From: Paramecium tetraurelia
Lineage: Eukaryota
Assembly (NCBI GenBank): GCA_000165425.1
Contig: CT868021.1
Span: forward strand, 124,001 to 188,000
Length of the DNA: 64,000 nucleotides
Reading direction: 5' to 3'
Shown: positions 55,901 through 64,000 of the stretch, piece after piece
Numbering within the stretch: position 1 is the first letter of the stretch
Layout of the letters: each line of letters begins with the position of its first letter
Notes under the pieces: generated by a model
Told to the model about the DNA's origin: nothing
Databases searched by the model: none
What the model saw: only the letters and a program-made list of their open reading frames with translations
Program-made: the position numbers and the translations under genes

Positions 55901-58900
55901 TTTTTAGGACTTCTTTTGGATTTCTCCTTTAATCAATTTAGTCTTCCATTCCACTTAGAGGAAAGCCATGTCAAGAGCAATGCGTCTATAATTTTGGTAG
56001 CTGTTGGGGATTTGAAATCCAGCATTTTGATTGGGACCATAAAATCCAATTTGTTGCATATAGTTTATGATTTGAATAGTAAATGCCTGATGATGTTTGT
56101 AGAATATTTTATGATTTTTCACAAACATGGACCAAAATCTGCTAACCTTCAATGCTGTTTCTGAATCCAAATTAGGTTATTCTTACTTCAATAATTATTA
56201 GGTGGCTTAGATCCAATCCTTTTAATCATGTACATCCACTTCATCTAACCAAGGTAGAACAACACTTATTATCTTCTTACAGAGACTGTATAGTTCCTAC
56301 TCTGACTATCCACTTTCATCTAATTGTTTGATGGCTCTGGTGTAGATTCTGACAATACGTTTATTGACAGAAATTGGGTCATTTTGAATCAATTAATTCT
56401 TTTTCAAGTATTTACTAAAGTAGAGATTGGCATAGAAGGCTACTAGCTTATCTGATTTGTTGATCATATCATACCCGAAGGATAGGTAGGACATTTTCAA
56501 ATCTTAAGGCAATTGTTGTTCTTGGAAGCAGATGAGATATGAACTGATTTGCAGCATATCAATAACAGATGATTTATAATAATGATTGACATCAGATAGT
56601 TTGGTACTCAAACCACTCAAGAGTTTGTAGGTGAAATTCATTGGTGCATGATGTTCAATGTCACTTAAGATCTTGCTGTACTATTTAACTAGTTCTTCAT
56701 TGATCTCTTTGATTCTCTGGAACAATTTGAATTGGCTGATCTATGCCAGATCATTTCTTTGATTAGAATAAAACAGTATCGGATATATTACATGAAAGCC
56801 TATTGTCATCTGAATTTGATTGGCTGACTCATCATCAACGTACTTGAAATTGTCCATCCAAATCTCTATAATACTCTGTCTTAGTTGAATGGATTTATTC
56901 ATTGCAACATCCAAAACCCACTTTTTGACTTTGTCACAAGTAGCATAGAGTATCAATCTCAACATCCCTTAAATTGCTGGTTTGCTGTCCTCATTTTAAT
57001 TGATGTATTTTTTTAACATGCTGCAATGTCTATTTAATAGACTATTGATCTGTTGATTAGAGAGTATTAATTAATTGTATGCAGACTATAATTGATTCAC
57101 TGGTACAATTCTGTTTTAGTTGTTGCTTTACAGACGTTCTTGAAGAACTTTGATGTTGCTTAGTATGAAATTATCAAGTATTTGAGTATTTCTAATCAGA
57201 CAAGAAGGATTGCGTTTGCATAATTGAAATTCAAATTGAACTATTTCTATTTTGATCTCACTTATCACATTAATCATTTTCTACAAAACCGATTGATGGA
57301 TACCTTAGATTTACTCCTATGTCAATTGGACTTGATTTGCTAAAAGACCCTTCTCCAAGGAGTTGCTAAGTTCTTCGATTGTCTTATTGAATCGTTCCAT
57401 TTTTTGAGAAAATTATTGCTTCTCTCGACATATCTTCTCTCTTAAAGGATATGCTGCAGGTTCTGAGATGACTTACCTGATTGTTTTAATGTATTGCAAT
57501 CTCTCTCGGAGTTGTTCCTGAAGACTCTTGATTGGTGTTGGATTAGATAACAATTAGCTCACGTTTTCTAACTGCTTTTGGAATTGTTGAATTTGGGAAA
57601 TCGAGAAGGATGATTGAAATACATCAAAACTGTTGGCTGCCAATGTATTCAAGAATTTATTCAAGGGTTTATCAATTGATTAATTCAATTGTTGTTAGGA
57701 AGCTCTGAAAACGTAATTTCTTCTTATTGCATTTATGTCTTGGATGATCTTCTATACAATATTTTAATTCAAAGGTCCATTCGCTTGATTAGTCAATTAT
57801 GGTGTAAGATGCTAAAATAACTTTAATAATCCGGAGATGATACCCAGTTAGAAATTCAAAGATTCTTGAGATTGCTATTGTTAGCTTGACCATTCCATAA
57901 CCGTACACATCTGAATATTGCTCTGATACTACAGAGTGTTATCTTGCATTATTTTTTGAAGATGTCCCAATAGTTTGTCAGAGAGTGTTCTGTGAAACAC
58001 TTTGCTAAATAGTTTCAGTATCATTTTCAACGACTTTAAGAAGGATGGCACATAATGAAAGATGTCCGATTGCACACAAGTCAACAATGGCTTCATCAAC
58101 CTTTTTAATCTATCATCATTCTCAAACAAACTCTTGTCATTCTACAGTCCTTCCTATTAGGAGAGTTCCTACAAATATTTATAACTCGACTGTCTAATGC
58201 TGTGTTCCACTCTCAGCAATCCTTCATAAAAGATTTCCACGGTCTTATACTTCATAGCCAAAATTTAAGGTTTCACTAAGGAATTTTTATCAACCTACTT
58301 CATTAAGTACCTTTAGATTACAAATATGTAATTAATAGAAGTCATTTGTTTGAGAAATCCGAAGATAGCAACTACCATTTGACTTTGCCATTTGATTTCA
58401 AAATCAATGTCTTCAATATTAATCTTGAATTCTAAATCGTCTAAGGCATGAGACATATTAATGTATGCTGATTAAGAGTCTTCCCCATTCTATATTAGTT
58501 TGGATTGTCTATAATACTGTTCCTCGTTTTGCTGTAGGATTTTATATGATTTTTCCATGTAGTTTTCAATACTCAATTCAAAATGAGGTTCTGGGTTGAG
58601 AATTACAGTTTTGAAAAGATGGTATTAACCTTGTTTATTGAGTCCATATTTTCTTAGCAAATAAGTCAAAATCCTAAACCCATTTGCATACCTCTATGCG
58701 ATGACATCTGACATCTTCTATTCTTCACATAATTGTTTGATGATGATCACTAATTCTTTCAATACAGTATTCTGAGTGTAAGGAGACATAAGAATTTCAG
58801 AAAATTAAATATTAACCCATTGGCATGGTCCATTTCCTAATTATTGTAGATTGTCTAATGGAATAGCTTCGATCTTCTCTTCGTGATTGTATTTCATCTC

Positions 58901-61900
58901 TGAACCAATGTTCATATAGAATAATGATCCTGCATTCTCATTAAAATGGTGCGTGATCACAGTGTCAAAGAGATCTGTACAAATCTACAAGATGGATCTC
59001 TTGTAAGTATGGCAATTCTAAGCGACAATCTTAATAAAACAACGCAATCTCTCTTACAAGAGGAGCATACTTTGATGCGAGTGCTCATATATTGAATGAT
59101 CATAGTTGAGATTCTTTATCAGCAGGTTTATAGTTTAATTCAATAGAGTCTTGGTAATTTGCTGAGAAGCCATTCTGATCGTTTCTGGTAGTTATCTGAG
59201 TAACATGAATGAGCATTCAACGATTCTCTAATCTGGGATGTAAGGTAATCCAACTATCTCAATAGAAGAGTAGTAATCTTCAAATTTAGGCAGTAGATTC
59301 TGGATTTCGGTCAATAATTCAATAGAGATGGATCTGCAATTCAACCCTTCTGATGGAATTATAGTTCCTCCATAGGCTTAATTAATAAATATTAAATCAT
59401 ACATTAGACTATCTAGATTTTACGACGACGATCATCCTCTTTTTACAATTACGTTTGTTTACCGAACTTTTCATAAACAAACTCTTCAAACAATCTAATA
59501 ACAACCGAATAGTAAACATCATATGCCCATTTTAAATGCTGATAATTTTCCATATGTTTCTCCAATATCTTTTTGTATTTCCTTAAACAATTAGCCTTTA
59601 ATAACTTATTCCAAATGAACTCTTCTTGTTAAATGTGTAAATCCTTGAGATTCATGTTTTCTTCAGCCGTCAACATATATCTTTTGTTCAATCCCTTAAA
59701 TAGATAGGATATCCATCTAATAGATTGAGGTTTTTCAGTGAGATAATTGTGCACTATGGATTCAGTCATTGTAAAAAGGGAATTGAAGTCTGGTTTTGGA
59801 GACTTGATCTTTTCAATCATTTCACAATGATCGTCAGCCAGTTGAATGAAGAACATTTCTGTAAAGGTTGTTACCACATTTTCTACATCTTCCTTGATCT
59901 TGTGGAATGTGGCAGTAGTCAATGTTTGTATGATGTTATGGAAATTGCTGAGTCCAATGAAAACCTTGGTTACTGCAGATATCAATTCTTCATCCTAGTA
60001 CATCAATTGATCTTGTTCGCATTGACGAGATTGCAGTTTCATCTCTAATGCCATCCCTTGAGGTATTTAATAATTATACAAGTCATGATCAAATTAAATG
60101 GGCATCTGATAGTATCCCAGAATAACCTATTTCACAATAGAGTAACTATGCTGGATAGAGGACTGTTTGAACAAATAGGTAGCCAATTGTTGTTCCAACA
60201 CATTCTATAAGATCTCAACAGCACATAGTACAGTTTCGGTGAGATTGATCTTAAGTGTTGATTAGAGTCCTTCTATTTGCACTTCCAAATACTGATTCCT
60301 TTTGTAAGGGTTATCGGTGTGATTCCGCTTAACTTCGATTGGCCATTCTGATTTGCGAACCAAGGATCCCAACTTAGAGAGTATCTTCAGAGATTTGAAG
60401 GAGGGATCCAAGAATAAATTCACCTGTTTCGAATAGATATCCGCCATCTTGTATTCGGATGGGAAAGTAAGCAACTTTTCAATAAATGGCTACAAGAGAT
60501 CTCCAAAGAATTCCCTCATTTCCTCCATGCTCAAATTGCTCACGATGTTCTCCAACATCATCAAAGTCTTTTAAATCACTTGATTCTCTATGGTTGATAT
60601 GTTATGCAATGCTCGAAAGAGACATTGAGCAAACACCGGATACTACCTTGCTAAATTAATTTATATTGTTTTTTATAAGGGGAAATTGGCAATTACTTCA
60701 GCAACTATATCCTAGATTTCCACTATCCCCGTTTGAAATAACTCAAACATGTTCAACACTATGTTCACACCGCTCAAACTCAACTTATGATAAAATTCAC
60801 TTTGCTGTCTCTACATCATCTATTGCTTGTCGTTTCTGTCGTACTTATCACACAACTATTGGAAATATTTCGATAACCCTTCTCCCTGGTCATTATTCTA
60901 GATTCTTTTCACCAGCGACAACAACAAACCTAAAAAATCAATTGGATAGTGTGTCTCATGCGACTTTTTCACAAAAAAGAGGATTAACTACTTCACTATA
61001 GGTTTCACTATGGGTTCTTCGTTCTGTTGGCATTTTACTCTTGGGAATAATCGAATTGGAATTCTGAGCAACTTTTATATTAAAGTGATGTATTCATCTT
61101 AATCCTTCTACTTGATATTCCTGTCATTGCCCATCAATTGTCCTCCTCTGCAATACCCGAACTTTGAGGGCAATTCAGGCGTCGTTTGTAGTTCTTTTAA
61201 ATATAGACTTAATAAAAACTCTATGTAGTATTTTACTGATTGCTTTTAACCATTTTAAGGATCTTACTGTGTACTTTGGAGACCCAAATGATCCTGTAGT
61301 AGACTGGGGAGACAATTGGTTTCAGGACAAGTCTTGAGTAAATGAACAGAGATCTTCAATAGTAGTTTTGAGTTGGGTTCGAAAACATTTTTGAAGTTGA
61401 TTGGATCCTAAAATTAAATAAAGAATTGCATAAATTAAGGGATAGTCTTTTTCTTATAATCAAGAATTTCGAAGTGATTTCTCTAGTGATCATGCAATTC
61501 ATCAAATATCATCAATCCATTCTTCATTATTTTAGACATGTAATGACATTATAAATTACTTAGATACGGTTTGCCATCTCCAGTACCCTAGAAAAATGGA
61601 GGTAGTTTTGAAGGCATATTGTAAGTGATTTTAGTCTTTAGTCTATTCACAATCTCTTTATTTGTACTTGTAACAAATGCCAATAACTTCGATAAGATGT
61701 CATTCAATTGATCAAACACTTTCGATTTCAATTCCTTAGCAAATTCAACATATTGTGAATAAGTGGTGATACTCAAAGAATTGACTTAATATTCTTCCTC
61801 GTCATCATAAGTATACACTTGAGTAGCAGCCTAGTCTTGTTGAGTAATTAGATTTTGATCGATGTCAACTTCCGATTCCAGTATATATTACTCCAATTGA

Positions 61901-63709
61901 GAGATGTACTTCTCGCTAAGAGCATCTGGATTACTGGGGATAGCAGCCACATTGGTTTGAGGAGTGGGCTTCTTTGTTAGACCCCATCTCTAGGTTTTTC
62001 GCAACAGTTCTTTAATTTGCTGAATCTACTTCCTAATTTGATTCAATTTCATTGCTATCATTGAGAATAGACGATCAAGCAATTAATATTTTGGACTGTG
62101 AGTGGTGACCTTTTTGAAGATTGCGTCGTTTTGTTATTGTGGAGTTTAATCAACATAAAATTGGAGTAGGTTTTTATCAACAAAGTAGGTGGTTGATGAT
62201 TTGTTAAACAATTCCAGAAATATTTTGATTAAGTCTAAGGCTTTTTCATGTATTTACAATTGCAATGAGGAATCAAACAACACTTTGAATATGGTATTAA
62301 AGATTTTTTCCATGTAGATTTGATTATTGATGAAGTCGGATTGCATCTTGTCTAGATTGTTCATGGGTGGGTCACTTTTAGGCAGATAACTCTGTACAAC
62401 ATGTTTAACTATTTCTAGCCAATTAAGATAGATGTTCGATTTTTGGAAGGGTGGTAGTTTGAGATTCTTACCAACAATGGTTTCTTCATCAATCAATTCG
62501 ACTACGTTGGCATTAATCTCAAGTATTTTATCTTAAATTTCATTTTGTTATACTGGATCTCTTTTCTAGATCATAGCTTATTTGAGTCTATTGCTGATAT
62601 CAATTCTGATGTGCATGATGTCGACTGGACAATATTTGAGTGTTTTTATGATTGTGGCCACTACTTAATCTAGTTTAACTGTATCAGCTAAGTCTCTGAT
62701 GATTCTAGATTAAGATTGAATTTGGCCATCATCTCTTTTGATGGTGAGTACAAAGAGTTAGAGGAACTTGGAGTAGGCGTTGAAGAGTTCTTATACTATG
62801 TTTCTTGGTACTTTTTGTAATAAGTCTTGAAAGTTGGTTTCATTGATAACTTGATTCATGGTTTTGAGTGCTTTCTTCAAGATTTCTCTCATTTGTGTTT
62901 TGGTCTAACTTTTATTGTCTATTTTACCTCATCCTTGACAATTGGATCAAGGGCAAATATGGTGTGGATAAAGAAAGGGGGAATGTTAGTCACAAAGGAC
63001 AAACTAAAAATATTCAATCGAATGTCCTTCTCACGTTTATCATCATTCTCGTGTTGTAACACATATGACTGATCATGAAAAGGATTGATTTGGCTGTCTC
63101 CCATCACCTTCTTGTATTATGATTTCTTGAGCTCATTATTAAACTTCACCAGAAATTCAATTCTCTGCTCAAAGAAATTGAACAGTCTCATTAAATGTGC
63201 ATCTGTGAATACGCTGTTTAATCTCTGATACTAATGTGATTGCTATTGATTGGTCTTCAGCAAATCATTCATTATTCTAATCGCTGTGGCTGCATTATTC
63301 TCATTGTCCTTCTCCAACACCACCGTCAGTTGATCAACCACTGACTGAGTCATGTGTTGCAATAAAATCTTTTTCTGCAGCAATTCAATTGTCGCTGCTC
63401 TCACATTGAACTTCACATTGCGACTAGTCTATGGCTCCACATTTTACAATACAAAAACCATCAAGTTTAAGCTATTCTCAATAAACCACTTATGGTAATT
63501 CTGCAAAGTTTACTACTTTCCCTTTTAACCAATACTCATACATGATTTGGATCACGACTGCGCTCAGAATGCTATTCCTCCGAAATCCTGCTTAACCGAT
63601 CCCGAATATCATAGATGTTGCGTTCTGAAAAGCTTTCGCTTTTGTTTTGTAAAAAGTTATTCAAGGCATCTTTTTGTTTCTCAAAATAAGCAGGGTCACT
63701 TTATGACAT
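49905..63709 (-). CDS. giant PIKK-family protein, TRRAP/Tra1-like pseudokinase (~4500 aa)
   Basis: ATG63709 opens a very long helical-repeat-like frame. The C-terminal PI3K-like region has RQIAFLGNDEKKYFF and PFAIRYSRSFEHLIGEVNLYG, with no DRHxxN or DFG. FATC-like end QWVKRWF*. The interior was not checked codon by codon. Confidence 0.7.
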
Positions 63710-64000
63710 TTTATTTTAATAATAATATTAAACATCATTCATATTTAAATCTCCATAATACCCTCAACTAAATCTATTAACTATTTAATTCCACCCTCCT
63801 CCACCAAAGCAACACCGATATTACCATTCCAATCAACAATCACAAAAAAATCAAAATAACCTCGATCTCTCAATCCCCATCCATTTCTCCTATTAACCCT
63901 ATTTTCTTCCTCTCCACACCCTAACACATAGACCACCAAATATCAATATTGCTTCCATCTTAGATTCTGGTCCAAACTCTTGTAAAAAAAATTATTATTC

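Noticed and set aside
63730..64000. C-rich, G-poor stretch at the window end as a telomere or subtelomere
   Set aside because: There are no tandem C4A2/C3A3 repeats; it is probably upstream or adjacent-gene sequence.

Overview
Very AT-rich, gene-dense eukaryotic DNA, not prokaryotic. Reading frames stay open only under the ciliate nuclear code (TAA/TAG = Gln, TGA the only stop). Genes carry tiny 20-30 nt GT..AG introns and are often only 10-60 nt apart. Together these fit a Paramecium-type macronuclear chromosome, so the supplied standard-code ORF track shows only fragments. About 25 protein genes and one tRNA-Glu(CTC) can be read. They include an AFG2/SPATA5-like AAA ATPase, a four-domain cation channel with an all-aspartate (D/D/D/D) filter, two Aurora-like kinases, a glycogen debranching enzyme with an internal CBM48-like insert, a GH5 endoglycoceramidase-like enzyme and a Cys-rich surface protein. 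Also present are a GPR180/TMEM145-like protein, a SAM methyltransferase, a bZIP factor, an RRP17/NOL12-like protein, an OSBP-related protein, a TLDc protein, an aquaporin and a 13.8 kb TRRAP/Tra1-like PIKK gene. The most unusual block is an AT-rich tandem pair of divergent AIG1-like GTPase genes with Cys modules, set off by long spacers and lying beside the tRNA (38.8-44.2 kb). All family calls come from manual translation and motif recognition; no searches were run, and exon boundaries were not all checked.
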